Numbered from the stretch's first letter, positions 45,743 to 55,602 are shown. The stretch: 64,000 nucleotides of DNA from a bacterium (GCA_030647205.1 JAUSJO010000005.1:74523-138522), one strand, 5' to 3'. Notes: a model not told the origin generated them from the sequence alone. Translations and numbers: made by a program.

Positions 45743-45762
45743 ATAAATAATTTATTCTGATT

Positions 45763-47190
45763 ATGGATTTGAAAAAGACAGTTCAAAAACTTCCAACGAC
45801 TCCCGGCGTCTATATCTACCGAAACGCGGGAGGGAAGATTATATACATCGGAAAAGCTATCAACCTGCGTGCCAGGGTGAGGTCGTACTTTCAGGATTCT
45901 CCGCAAGAGCCCAAAACTCAGAAATTAGTTAGAAATATCGCCACATTAGAGCATATGAAGACGGGTTCTGAGATAGAAGCACTAATCCTTGAAGCTGAGC
46001 TTATAAAGCGCTATAAACCGAGGTTTAATATCATTTGGCGTGATGACAAAAACTATATCTACATCAAGATTACGAACGAAGATTACCCACAAGTTTCGCT
46101 AGTACGCCAGATAGTAGACGATAAGGCGAAGTATATCGGGCCTTTTGTGAGTGCCGGTGCTGTACGAGGATTACTCCGCTATATAAGGAAAATATTCATG
46201 TTCCGGCATTGTGAAAACCTGCCTCAGAAAGTTTGTCTTCAATATTCCATCGGAAACTGTTCAGGACCTTGTGAGAAGTTTATTACGAAGGTAGAGTATA
46301 AAAAAAGTATTCGCCAGATGGAGAAGCTCTTTCAAGGAAAGACGAAGGAGATAGAAAAAGAGTTCAAGCGTGAGATGAAGCTTGCTGCTAAGGGTGAGGA
46401 CTTTGAGAAGGCGGCTTTGTACAGAAATCGGCTGATGTGGCTAAAGAAGATTAAAACCATAGAACTGGGCGAGGAAGAGAGGGATTTGAAGCGGGATAAG
46501 GCACTAGTTGGGCTTCGCGATGCGCTAAATCTAGGTGCCGTGCCGAAAAGGATAGAGTGCTACGACATTTCCAATATTTTTGGTAAGGCGGCTGTGGGCT
46601 CAATGGTGGTTTTTGTGGACGGGATTCCGGAGAAAAACCATTACCGTAGATTTGAGATTAAAACAGTAGACAAGATTAGTGATACGGATATGATACGTGA
46701 AGTTTTGGGGCGCAGATTCAAGAAATTTGGCAACATAACCAAGCCGGACGATTCATTCTCGCAGATTCCTGACCTCCTTATTATAGACGGAGGGAAAGGA
46801 CAATATTCGGCGGCCGAAAAAGCACTTGCGCAATATGGACTAAACTTGAATTTAATATCTTTAGCGAAACAGCGCGAGGAAATATTCAGAAGGAATCCGG
46901 AAACAGGCGAGTTCTATAAAACTATGCTGGAGGAAGGTTCGGAGAGCTTGTATCTGGTCCAAAGAATTCGTGATGAGGCACACAGATTTGCCATTACATA
47001 CCATAGAAGCAAGAGGGGGAAGGAAATGGCAGTTTCAAATCTGGATGTTGTTGATGGTATCGGCCCAAAAACAAAGAAAGTGCTTCTCAAAACTTTCGGT
47101 TCGGTAGAAAATGTCAGAAACACATCAGTTGAAGATTTGTCAAAAATAGTCGGTGAAAAATTAGCAAAAAAGATTAAGGAAACTTTATGA
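45763..47190 (+). CDS. uvrC: Excinuclease ABC subunit C (compact, 475 aa)
   Basis: GIY-YIG (GVYIYRNAGGKIIYIGKA), UVR motif, endonuclease V-like domain, C-terminal (HhH)2. Confidence 0.9.
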   Translation: MDLKKTVQKLPTTPGVYIYRNAGGKIIYIGKAINLRARVRSYFQDSPQEPKTQKLVRNIATLEHMKTGSEIEALILEAELIKRYKPRFNIIWRDDKNYIYIKITNEDYPQVSLVRQIVDDKAKYIGPFVSAGAVRGLLRYIRKIFMFRHCENLPQKVCLQYSIGNCSGPCEKFITKVEYKKSIRQMEKLFQGKTKEIEKEFKREMKLAAKGEDFEKAALYRNRLMWLKKIKTIELGEEERDLKRDKALVGLRDALNLGAVPKRIECYDISNIFGKAAVGSMVVFVDGIPEKNHYRRFEIKTVDKISDTDMIREVLGRRFKKFGNITKPDDSFSQIPDLLIIDGGKGQYSAAEKALAQYGLNLNLISLAKQREEIFRRNPETGEFYKTMLEEGSESLYLVQRIRDEAHRFAITYHRSKRGKEMAVSNLDVVDGIGPKTKKVLLKTFGSVENVRNTSVEDLSKIVGEKLAKKIKETL

Positions 47191-47705
47191 AAAAACCGAT
47201 TTGCATTCTAACTGCCGGTCCGCCAGGGGCATCGAAGACTCCGGTTGCTTATTATTTGTCTTGGAATTTGGGCTTAGGGATGTTTAGTACGGATGCAATC
47301 CGGTTGGAAGTACTTGAAGATATTCTAGAAAATGATCTGGAGAATGAGCAAATAAATCAGCGAATAGACGAAAGATTGGAAAAACTTATAAACTCGAAAA
47401 GAAGCTTTATCTATGATGCAAGTATTGATAGAAAGTGGCCAAAAATTAAAAAGCAGCTTGAAGACAATGGTTATAGATATTTCATAATCAGCTTTGACTT
47501 AAACCCTGAACTTTTAGAAAAAATGGCGAAAGCCAAAAGATATGGTTCGGGCCAAGAACTCGTAGACAGGTGGTACAACGACCATCAGAATTTCTTGGAG
47601 GAATATGGGCAAGAGGTAGCTCTTTCAATCAAGAATAATAATTTTTCAAACAGGCTAGACATTTCATTAAAAGCAGTAGAAAAATTTCTGAAGGAAAGTT
47701 TATGA
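47187..47705 (+). CDS. P-loop NTPase/kinase-like protein (position analogous to RapZ/YvcJ upstream of yvcK)
   Basis: Walker A GPPGASKT. Confidence 0.45.
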   Translation: MKKPICILTAGPPGASKTPVAYYLSWNLGLGMFSTDAIRLEVLEDILENDLENEQINQRIDERLEKLINSKRSFIYDASIDRKWPKIKKQLEDNGYRYFIISFDLNPELLEKMAKAKRYGSGQELVDRWYNDHQNFLEEYGQEVALSIKNNNFSNRLDISLKAVEKFLKESL

Positions 47706-48676
47706 AAAGGAAAAAAGTTGTTGTTATCGGAGGTGGGACAGGGAACTTTACCGTTCTCTCTGGTCTAAAAAAGTATGACATTGATCTTTCCGCAATAGTA
47801 AGTATGGCAGATGACGGAGGCTCAACCGGTATCTTGCGTGATGAGATGGGGGTACTTCCTCCCGGAGATGTCAGGCAGTGTTTGATAGCCTTATCCGAAT
47901 CATCGGAAGAGTTGAGAGACCTTTTTAACTACCGGTTTGAAAATGGCAGTTTAGGAGGGCATAACTTCGGCAATCTTTTTCTATCCGCTTTGGAAAAAGT
48001 GGCAGGAAGTTTTGAAAAAGCTGTTGAGGAGGCGGGGAGAATTCTTTGCTGTAAGGGGAGAGTGCTGCCGGTAACGTATGATGAAGTGGTGCTTCAGGCA
48101 GATCTCGGTAATGGCAAGACCATAAAGGGTCAGGTCAATATAGATAAAGCGGGTATGTATAAGTACCCCTTAAAGAGGCTCTTCATCGAGCCCAAGGCGA
48201 AGGTTAATCCAAAGGCAGAAAAAGCCATAAAAGAAGCTGATCTAATAGTTGTCGCTCCCGGATCTTTGTATTCCAGTTTGCTCCCAAATCTACTAGTTGA
48301 GGGAGTGCCGAAAGCGTTGCAAGAGACAAAGGCAAAGATTCTCTATATCTGCAATCTGGTAAACAAGCCGCATGAAACAGCCGGATACACAGTTTGTGAC
48401 TATGTGATGGAGCTAGAGAAGGCAGGAGGCAGAAAGATTGACTACGTTCTCTATAATACGAAAAAGCCGAGGAATAAAGTTCTTGAAAAATATATTAAAC
48501 AAAATGAGCTATTGGTCGGTGAATGCCGCGCATCATCTAACTATAAGATTATCGAAGGTGATATTTTGAAAGATGCGGTCTCGTCTCAAAAAAAAGGAGA
48601 TCTGATGAACAGATCTTTTATCAGGCATGACAGTGAAAAACTGACATCTGCCATAATAAAAATTCTGGAGAAATGA
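47702..48676 (+). CDS. yvcK: YvcK/CofD-like gluconeogenesis factor (UPF0052)
   Basis: VVIGGGTGNFTVLSGLK...AIVSMADDGGSTGILRDEMGVLPPGDVRQCLIAL. Confidence 0.8.
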   Translation: MKRKKVVVIGGGTGNFTVLSGLKKYDIDLSAIVSMADDGGSTGILRDEMGVLPPGDVRQCLIALSESSEELRDLFNYRFENGSLGGHNFGNLFLSALEKVAGSFEKAVEEAGRILCCKGRVLPVTYDEVVLQADLGNGKTIKGQVNIDKAGMYKYPLKRLFIEPKAKVNPKAEKAIKEADLIVVAPGSLYSSLLPNLLVEGVPKALQETKAKILYICNLVNKPHETAGYTVCDYVMELEKAGGRKIDYVLYNTKKPRNKVLEKYIKQNELLVGECRASSNYKIIEGDILKDAVSSQKKGDLMNRSFIRHDSEKLTSAIIKILEK

Positions 48677-48829
48677 AATGAAACAGAAATGGGAGGAGGA
48701 AGAAGAGAGGCTCCGCAAAAATAGAAAGAGCAAGAAAAAGCCCGTGCAAAAGATGAAAGTTTCGGGAAAGAGTGTTTTTGGTATTGCCAAAGAACTTAAG
48801 AAAAAATAATCTTTCTACTTTTTGACAGC

Positions 48830-49100
48830 AAAAATTCACTTATCTACTTTTTTAGAATCTATTTTCAACTTTTGGCAGCAAAAATTTATTTATTACTTTT
48901 TTAAAAAAAGTAATGCAAAAATCGCGGCTTAGGCGGTCTCTCAAAGTATCATCTGGTTCGCTCTCTCATCTTTAAAAAAATTAACTCGCTTCTCTCAAAC
49001 AAAATTCTTTTTAAAGGTTCGTTCACTTCCAGACTTTCTTTTCGAGCCGATAGTCGCAAGAGAGCTCCCTTTGAAAAAATCATGCTAGGAATTAGATTGG
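48830..49100. repeat. Composite intergenic repeat element (type A variant with a duplicated 5' module)
   Basis: Shares caaaaatcgcggcttaggcgg...cgatagtcgcaagagagctccctttgaaaaaatcatgc with 56030-56080. Confidence 0.75.
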
Positions 49101-49121
49101 ATTTACTTATCTGCTAAATTC

Positions 49122-49130
49122 TGATAGAAT
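49122..49130 (+). promoter_or_regulatory. Extended -10 TGaTAGAAT 7 nt before ATG 49138, implying a leaderless mRNA
   Basis: Read directly. Confidence 0.4.
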
Positions 49131-49137
49131 TGCACTC

Positions 49138-49359
49138 ATGCAAAAAGAAATACTTACAAGCATTATCATAGCTTCTGCGGTCGTTCTCATCATTTCAGTG
49201 CTACTTCAGAAAAAAGACGGTGGACTTGGCGCGACATTCGGTAGCAGTGGAGGCGCATATATGAAAAAAAGGGGTGCGGAAAAGGTTATTTTCTTTGTGA
49301 CTATTATCTCGGCTATAGTTTTTGGCGGGACTATCTTGGTCAGTCTCATTCTTAAATAA
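49138..49359 (+). CDS. secG: Preprotein translocase subunit SecG
   Basis: LLQKKDGGLGATFGSSGG motif and two TM helices. Confidence 0.75.
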   Translation: MQKEILTSIIIASAVVLIISVLLQKKDGGLGATFGSSGGAYMKKRGAEKVIFFVTIISAIVFGGTILVSLILK

Positions 49360-49363
49360 AAAA

Positions 49364-51133
49364 ATGAAATTCAAAAGATTTTTCTTAAGACACTCTCTCA
49401 ATTTCCAAAAGATTAAAATAAAGGCGAGAAATCTGGATGCGGAGGATTTCCAGAAGGCCTATATTGTCGTTTCAAAGAGACTGTATAGGGTTATTCATCT
49501 TCGTAATCTAGTGGCGTTTTGCCTTGTGTTTATAATAGTTGTTTTTTCGATGTTTATATCGTCTTTTAATACCATTGAGGCGTTCTACAATAAAGACAAT
49601 CCGTTATCCGGCGGTACATATGCGGAAGGGAATCTGGGGAAGTTCTCGAGGATAAACCCTCTGTATTCACAGACAAACCCTAACGATGAAGATGCGGTAA
49701 ATCTAATCTTCAGCGGGCTGATGAAACGGGGTGATAACAGAAGTTTAAAGACAGACATGGCGAGTAAGTGGACTCTTTCTGAGGATAAGAAAACTTATAC
49801 ATTTGAACTGAAAAAGGGCGTGAAGTGGCATGACGGAGTAGAGTTTAGCGCTGATGACGTGCTTTTTACTATAGAACTTATCCAAAACCCTGATGCCAGA
49901 AGCTCACTTTATGAGGCGTGGAAAGGGGTTAAAGCGGAAAAAACAGAAAAAGGGGAAGTGAAGTTTACCTTGGGAGAGCCATCTGACTCATTTCTAGAAA
50001 ACACAACATTAAAAATCCTACCGAAACATATTTTGGCAAAAATCCCTCCGGCAAGCATTCAGACTGTGGACTTTAATACCAAACCTGTAGGTACCGGACC
50101 ATATGAGTTTGACAGCCTGACGAAGGAGTCCGGCAGGGAAACTCTGATAATGAGCCTAAACGATAAATATTATGATAAGAAACCTTATCTGACAAAAGTA
50201 ATGCTCGAAAGTTTTCTGGACGAAAAAGAAATGATGGACGAGTATAACAAAAGAAATATCAAGGGGATAGGAAATCCGACTCAAGGATTAGTAGATAAAA
50301 TCGGTAAAGAAGGGAGCACCAGTCTCCACGAATATGCCCTGCCGAGATATGTGGCAATGTTTTTCAATGTTGAGAGCGAGAAACTGAAAGAAAAAAATTT
50401 GCGTGTCGCAATAAACCAGGCTGTTGATAGAAAAGACATTTTGGAAAAAGCGGCAGAGGGAAGAGCTCTCCCGGCTTATTATCCGATAGCTCCGGGGCTT
50501 GCGAGTCAAACAGGAATAAAAGTTGAAAGCAAAGGAGACATCGGTAAAGCGAGTGAAACTCTAAAAGGCGCGAGCTATACGCTAGAATCCGGTCAACTGA
50601 AATATCAAGGCAAGGATGTTACATTAAAAATTGCTACGGGGGACACAGTTGAGCTGAAGAAAACTGCTGAGATAGTTGCAGATGAACTAAAAAAACTAGG
50701 CATAAAGACAGAAATAAAGTCTGAAAATATGAATGTTTTGCAGAAAGATTATATAAGGCCCAGAAATTATGACATTCTGATAATCGGTGAAGATTTAGGC
50801 CTTACACCGGATCTTTTCAGCTTTTGGCATTCATCTCAAGTAAACGACCCGGGACTGAACTTTTCGAAGTATAAGGATAGAAAACTGGACAAGTTCATCG
50901 AGGTTGCCAGAAAGACAACAGATGCAACAGAAAAAAAATCAAAGCTGGAAGAGATTCAAAAAATAATCCTCGAGGATGTGCCGGCTGTCTATCTGTATAA
51001 TCCTTTTTATGTTTTCATAACTTCCGATAAAGTGAAGGGAGTGCGTGACGGCAAGATGATATCTCCGTCTGATAGATTCGAAGATATAGAAAACTGGTAC
51101 CTAAAAGCCGATCGTGTGATGATTGACGGCTAG
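49364..51133 (+). CDS. Membrane-anchored solute-binding protein, ABC-type family 5 (oligopeptide/nickel binding-like)
   Basis: SBP_bac_5 N-terminal signature; N-terminal TM anchor. The ORF extends upstream to 49322, overlapping secG. Confidence 0.65.
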   Translation: MKFKRFFLRHSLNFQKIKIKARNLDAEDFQKAYIVVSKRLYRVIHLRNLVAFCLVFIIVVFSMFISSFNTIEAFYNKDNPLSGGTYAEGNLGKFSRINPLYSQTNPNDEDAVNLIFSGLMKRGDNRSLKTDMASKWTLSEDKKTYTFELKKGVKWHDGVEFSADDVLFTIELIQNPDARSSLYEAWKGVKAEKTEKGEVKFTLGEPSDSFLENTTLKILPKHILAKIPPASIQTVDFNTKPVGTGPYEFDSLTKESGRETLIMSLNDKYYDKKPYLTKVMLESFLDEKEMMDEYNKRNIKGIGNPTQGLVDKIGKEGSTSLHEYALPRYVAMFFNVESEKLKEKNLRVAINQAVDRKDILEKAAEGRALPAYYPIAPGLASQTGIKVESKGDIGKASETLKGASYTLESGQLKYQGKDVTLKIATGDTVELKKTAEIVADELKKLGIKTEIKSENMNVLQKDYIRPRNYDILIIGEDLGLTPDLFSFWHSSQVNDPGLNFSKYKDRKLDKFIEVARKTTDATEKKSKLEEIQKIILEDVPAVYLYNPFYVFITSDKVKGVRDGKMISPSDRFEDIENWYLKADRVMIDG

Positions 51134-51154
51134 GTGACTTTACAATTAGAAATT

Positions 51155-51186
51155 AAAAAAATCACTAGGTAATGGTGATTTTTTCA
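51155..51186. terminator. Bidirectional terminator between the SBP gene and the tRNA operon
   Basis: aaaaaaatcactaggtaatggtgatttttt. Confidence 0.5.
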
Positions 51187-51342
51187 TTGGTGCTTGCTGC
51201 GAGGGCTTGAAGCAGTATCACTGCTTTTGATTTTTCTATTTTCTGTTCGAAATTTCTAGATTGTTTCTTCAATACACCGATATCTTAAATTTCTTGGCAG
51301 TTACAGGAGGTTCTGCGTTCCTCTCGCATTAAACAATTTTAT

Positions 51343-51430
51343 TGGTGCTGCGGAGAGGACTTGAACCTCCACGACCTAAGCGGTCACTAGCCCCTCAAGC
51401 TAGCGCGTCTACCAATTCCGCCACCGCAGC
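51343..51430 (-). tRNA. tRNA-Leu (GAG), type II long variable arm, CCA encoded
   Basis: Hand-folded cloverleaf. Anticodon loop TTGAGGG. Confidence 0.8.
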
Positions 51431-51447
51431 ATAATATTTATTTTTCT

Positions 51448-51534
51448 TGGTGCCTAGGGGGGGACTCGAACCCCCAAGGTCGTAAGACCAACGGATTTTA
51501 AGTCCGTCGCGTATACCAATTCCGCCACCCAGGC
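51448..51534 (-). tRNA. tRNA-Leu (TAA), long variable arm, CCA encoded
   Basis: Anticodon loop CTTAAAA. T-loop TTCGAGT. Confidence 0.8.
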
Positions 51535-51539
51535 ATATT

Positions 51540-51613
51540 TGGAGGCCTCGCCCGGAATTGAACCGGGGTAAACGGTTTTGCAGACCGCTGCGTAACCACT
51601 CCGCCACGAGGCC
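51540..51613 (-). tRNA. tRNA-Cys (GCA), CCA encoded
   Basis: Anticodon loop CTGCAAA. Confidence 0.75.
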
Positions 51614-51696
51614 ATATAACAAGGTATATTTTACAGTATTTTAGCCCCAAAGTCACCCCATAAACGAAAATAAAGCCGATTCTCTCGACTTCATTT

Positions 51697-51773
51697 TGGA
51701 GCGGGAAACGAGATTCGAACTCGCGACCTCATCCTTGGCAAGGATGCGCTCTAGCCAACTGAGCTATTCCCGC
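51697..51773 (-). tRNA. tRNA-Gly (GCC), CCA encoded
   Basis: Anticodon loop TTGCCAA. Confidence 0.8.
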
Positions 51774-51774
51774 A

Positions 51775-51850
51775 TGGTGGCGAGACCCGGAATCGAACCG
51801 GGGACGCAAGGATTTTCAGTCCTTCGCTCTACCAACTGAGCTACCTCGCC
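51775..51850 (-). tRNA. tRNA-Phe (GAA), CCA encoded
   Basis: Anticodon loop CTGAAAA. Confidence 0.8.
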
Positions 51851-51878
51851 GTATGTTAAAAAATCTCAGTAATTTATT

Positions 51879-51955
51879 TGGTGGGCGCTGAGGGATTCGA
51901 ACCCCCGACCCTCTCGGTGTAAACGAGATGCTCTAGCCAACTGAGCTAAGCGCCC
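51879..51955 (-). tRNA. tRNA-Val (TAC), CCA encoded
   Basis: Anticodon loop TTTACAC. Confidence 0.8.
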
Positions 51956-51972
51956 TAAATATTTACCAAAAC

Positions 51973-52000
51973 ATTATACTATAAAACGGTGATTTGTAAA
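51973..52000 (-). promoter_or_regulatory. Promoter of the six-tRNA operon on the - strand (TTTACA, 16-nt spacer, TATAAT)
   Basis: - strand reads ttttacaaatcaccgttttatagtataat, about 17 nt before the tRNA-Val 5' end. Confidence 0.55.
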
Positions 52001-52399
52001 AGGAAAATTGGCAGAATAGACTATTTTCAATGTTGACACAAGTAGTATAATAAATGTGTAAGGAAAACATCCTTGCTAGTACCACCCTAGTAAACTCCTC
52101 CTACCGGGCAATTTGGCACCCCGGCCAATGCAAGCTGCTACCTTGGTTTGACGACTCAACTAAGGGCTTTGTTAGCAAACGGCGCGCCGTTAACAAAGTA
52201 TCATGATCTAGTAGCCCATTGGGCATCCGTCTTACCAGCGGAGGGAGAAGAAAAAATAAAAGGAATCTCACGACACTTGAAATCCCAAACCCATTTAATA
52301 AAAAAACCCGAGATTCCTAAAACCCTCTACGGGCCGTCGCATTTGACGGCCCACTTCTTTTTATTCCAAAATGTTGCAAAGTTTCATATAATAAAACCC

Positions 52400-53599
52400 A
52401 TGAAACGTTTATTTAAATATATTGTCCCGGTTATTCTAGTTGCCATTATAGTTGGCATCGCATACAAAGCCGGTTTTATAGACTTAAGAAGATATCCAGT
52501 GGCTACTGGACCGAAACAGGTAGTTTTAAATTGTACCTACCATGGCCAGAAGCTCACAATCAACGAAAATCTTTATCAAAGCGTTGATGAATATTACGCT
52601 TCTGATCCGAGAAAAATGAGGCTAGACTATAAGTCTTTTGTATCCTCGAATTCAAAAGATCTGACTATTAAAGACCTAACCCAAAAAATAAAGGTAAAGG
52701 GGACAGAGCTTGGCTTGTCCAGTGACCAGACGATGGATCTGGCGACTTGCTTTGTCCAAAATATTCCTTATGATACTGAAAAAGCAAAAATAGTTCTTTC
52801 CCAGAATCCCGGCGATAAACTCACAAGGGTTACCCAGCGGGAGTATTATGACCGTTTTCCATACGAAACTTTGTATGAGAACAAGGGTATCTGCACAGAT
52901 AAATCATATCTGGAGGCCGCAATATTAAAAGAAATGGGGTATGGGGCATCGATACTTACATTTAATACCGAAAAGCACATGGCAGTTGGAGTACAAACCC
53001 CGAAAGGGTATACATCTTTTAATACCGACTATAGTTATGTCGAAACGACCAGCCCGGGATATAAGGTCGGGCAGTTGCCGTCAATAGATAAAAATACCGG
53101 TGGGGCGAAAAAGGCAGAGCTTGATAAAGTATCAGGCAGCCAGGGCAATGAGCTAATCCCGCAGTTTCCGGAGTCTGACTTTTCTCCGCCAAGCGAAATT
53201 ATCAAAATATCAGACGGAAAAGAATATCAAAGAATTATAGAAATTACAAACGACATAAACCGGCTGAAAAGTCTGGTGGCAGAGATCAATAGTGCAAATA
53301 CGGGTATAGCAGCATATAAAACGGAGCTAAAAAATGCCGAGGGTCAGGCCCAGTCAGCAAGAGACGAGCTCTCCCAAGCCGAGTCAAAAGTTAACAATGC
53401 AAAAAATATCTACAAATCAGATTCGACCGAGGGAAACTATGCTTCATATACTGCCGCGTATGATGAATATCAGAGCGTTTATAAAAATACGAGGTCAGTT
53501 ATAAATGGCTATAACTCCAAAGTTAATCAGTATAACTCTGCCATTGGCCAGCTAAACGGGCTTATTGATGAATACAATAAACTGATAAAGAGTGACTAA
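52400..53599 (+). CDS. Hypothetical membrane-anchored protein with a C-terminal coiled-coil (start ATG 52400, 7 nt after TATAAT 52387-52392)
   Basis: TM anchor MKRLFKYIVPVILVAIIVGIAY. The upstream part of the listed ORF (52148-52399) spans a terminator hairpin and is judged non-coding. Confidence 0.5.
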   Translation: MKRLFKYIVPVILVAIIVGIAYKAGFIDLRRYPVATGPKQVVLNCTYHGQKLTINENLYQSVDEYYASDPRKMRLDYKSFVSSNSKDLTIKDLTQKIKVKGTELGLSSDQTMDLATCFVQNIPYDTEKAKIVLSQNPGDKLTRVTQREYYDRFPYETLYENKGICTDKSYLEAAILKEMGYGASILTFNTEKHMAVGVQTPKGYTSFNTDYSYVETTSPGYKVGQLPSIDKNTGGAKKAELDKVSGSQGNELIPQFPESDFSPPSEIIKISDGKEYQRIIEITNDINRLKSLVAEINSANTGIAAYKTELKNAEGQAQSARDELSQAESKVNNAKNIYKSDSTEGNYASYTAAYDEYQSVYKNTRSVINGYNSKVNQYNSAIGQLNGLIDEYNKLIKSD

Positions 53600-53626
53600 T
53601 TGCAAGCTTGTTGCGTTTGCATTTTG

Positions 53627-53635
53627 TGATATAAT
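53627..53635 (+). promoter_or_regulatory. Extended -10 TGaTATAAT 6 nt before ATG 53642, implying a leaderless mRNA; TTGCAT lies 7 nt upstream
   Basis: Read directly. Confidence 0.45.
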
Positions 53636-53641
53636 GAAGCC

Positions 53642-54097
53642 ATGAAAAAGCCACAACTATCAACCTCTCTAAGTGAGGATTTGAAAAAGCATTCAAAAAA
53701 TGACAAGAAAAGGCGTATTGTCGCTAATGTCTCTGTGGTCTTAGTTATAGCACTTTTCGTGATTTTAGCTAAAGTATATGTTTTCAAAGGTGATATAAAA
53801 ATAAATAGCGAACAAACAAAAAGCCCAAGTGAAAAAATAGAAAACCAGCCGGCAGCGGAGGATAGCAAGGCTCCTGCGCCGGCAGCTGCAACACCGGCTG
53901 CTCCGGCTCCGGCCACTCCGGCACCGGCACCAGCAGCGGATAGCGGGTTTACGACATACGTTATTAAAGAAGGTGATACTTTGAGCACCATTGCGAACTC
54001 AAACGGGATGACCTCAAAACAACTCATGGATTATAACGGGATAGTCGATCCTGCCAGCATAATGCCTGGTCAGAACATAAAAATACCAAAAAGTTAA
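53642..54097 (+). CDS. Membrane-anchored LysM domain protein with an (AP)n linker
   Basis: TM helix; PAPAAATPAAPAPATPAPAPAA; LysM YVIKEGDTLSTIANSNGMTSKQLMDYNGI. Confidence 0.7.
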   Translation: MKKPQLSTSLSEDLKKHSKNDKKRRIVANVSVVLVIALFVILAKVYVFKGDIKINSEQTKSPSEKIENQPAAEDSKAPAPAAATPAAPAPATPAPAPAADSGFTTYVIKEGDTLSTIANSNGMTSKQLMDYNGIVDPASIMPGQNIKIPKS

Positions 54098-54138
54098 AAT
54101 TAAAAAGTAGCCCCATTAGCGGGATATAAGGAGACGCC

Positions 54139-54699
54139 ATGATAATGTTTATAGTATTAGGTTTAGTAGTAGTTTTGGTTGCCGGTGTGATTTTCATTTA
54201 TAACGGCCTCATAAGAGCAAAAGTCAGAGTTGACGAGGCTTGGAGTGATATCGATGTCCAGCTAAAAAGAAGATATGATCTTATTCCAAACTTGATAGAG
54301 ACGGTAAAAGGTTATGCGAAGCACGAGAAGGAAGTTTTTGAGAAAGTCACTGCGCAGAGAACTCAAGCCATGAATGCGACAGGTCCGGTAGAGAAGGAGA
54401 AGGCTGAAAATATGCTTTCCGGGACACTAAAGAGTCTTTTTGCGGTAGCTGAGAATTACCCCGACCTTAAGGCAAACCAGAACTTTCTGGAGCTTCAAAA
54501 AGAACTGACTGACACAGAAGATAAAATCCAGGCAGCCAGAAGATTTTACAACGGTAATGTCCGCGACTTCAACACAAAAATTCAGGTATTTCCAAATAAT
54601 ATTTTGGCTGGGATACTTGGGTATAAAGACAGGGAATTTTTCCAGGCTGACGAAGGCGACAAAGAGCCGGTAAAGGTTGACTTTAGCGAAGAGAAATAA
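54139..54699 (+). CDS. lemA: LemA family protein
   Basis: N-terminal TM helix plus LemA core (DEAWSDIDVQLKRRYDLIPNLIETVKGYA). Confidence 0.75.
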   Translation: MIMFIVLGLVVVLVAGVIFIYNGLIRAKVRVDEAWSDIDVQLKRRYDLIPNLIETVKGYAKHEKEVFEKVTAQRTQAMNATGPVEKEKAENMLSGTLKSLFAVAENYPDLKANQNFLELQKELTDTEDKIQAARRFYNGNVRDFNTKIQVFPNNILAGILGYKDREFFQADEGDKEPVKVDFSEEK

Positions 54700-55602
54700 A
54701 TGGCACTGGTCTATAACGAAATAGGTTCCAACAAAAGAAAAACGGTCTTTTTTATGGCCGGTTTTCTTATTTTCATCATTGGTCTCGGCTGGATCTTTTC
54801 TCGGGTCTTGGGGATGTTCTGGATATTGCCGGTTGCAGTTGCCTTTGCCTCGATCCAAGCAGTTGTAAGCTACTGGTATAGCGACAGGATAACGCTTGGA
54901 ATATCAAAGGCTCATGAGATTACACATGAAAACAACAAAGACCTTTTTCATATTGTTGAGAATCTTTGTATTACAGCGGGCTTGCCTATGCCGCGGATTT
55001 ACATCATAGAAGATTCGGCCCCAAATGCCTTTGCGACAGGACGTGATCCGGAGCATGCGGTTATCTGCTATACAACGGGAATCATAGAGAAGTTGGATAA
55101 GCCGGAGCTGGAAGGTGTGACGGCGCATGAACTTTCGCATATTGGTAACTATGATATTCGCTTGATGACGGTAATAGTGGTTTTGGTTGGTATTGTTGTG
55201 CTTTTATCCGATTGGTTTTTGAGAATCAGTTTCTGGGGCGGAGGAGATGATGATAGTGATAATGGTCAGTTGGGTCTAATTCTGATGATAGCAGGAATAG
55301 TCCTTGCGATACTGGCGCCGGTTATTGCCATGATTATACAGCTTGCTCTATCTAGAAACAGGGAATATCTGGCCGACTCAAGCGGGGCTCTTTTGACCCG
55401 TTATCCGGAAGGCTTAGCAAGGGCGCTTGAGAAAATATCTGCAGACACCGAGCCTCTCGAAGCGGCAAACAAAGCAACGGCCCATCTCTATATTGCAAAT
55501 CCACTGAAAGAGCACAAAGGAAAACCGCGAGGATGGTTTAGCGGGCTTTTTGACACGCATCCGCCTATAGAGGAGAGAGTAAAAAAACTTAGGGAAATGT
55601 GA
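54700..55602 (+). CDS. htpX: M48 zinc metalloprotease HtpX-like
   Basis: HEXXH (VTAHELSHIGNYD); four TM segments; conserved LemA-HtpX pairing. Confidence 0.8.
   Translation: MALVYNEIGSNKRKTVFFMAGFLIFIIGLGWIFSRVLGMFWILPVAVAFASIQAVVSYWYSDRITLGISKAHEITHENNKDLFHIVENLCITAGLPMPRIYIIEDSAPNAFATGRDPEHAVICYTTGIIEKLDKPELEGVTAHELSHIGNYDIRLMTVIVVLVGIVVLLSDWFLRISFWGGGDDDSDNGQLGLILMIAGIVLAILAPVIAMIIQLALSRNREYLADSSGALLTRYPEGLARALEKISADTEPLEAANKATAHLYIANPLKEHKGKPRGWFSGLFDTHPPIEERVKKLREM

Noticed and set aside
52033-52051. TTGACA and TATAAT on the + strand as a canonical sigma70 promoter.
   Set aside because: The hexamers are separated by only 7 nt, which is incompatible with sigma70 geometry. Noted only as part of the recurring TTGNNN-7-TATAAT pattern.
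52055-52365. Identity as RNase P RNA, tmRNA, SRP RNA or 6S RNA.
   Set aside because: None of the universally conserved motifs could be found by eye (RNase P GGAAAGUCCGGGCU / ACAGAACCCGGCUUA; tmRNA tag ORF plus T-arm / CCA end; SRP domain IV GGAA...AGCAGCC).
52148-52399. N-terminal 84 codons of the listed ORF 52148-53599.
   Set aside because: It reads through a strong terminator hairpin and a promoter. The plausible start, ATG 52400, sits 7 nt after a TATAAT and begins with a TM anchor.
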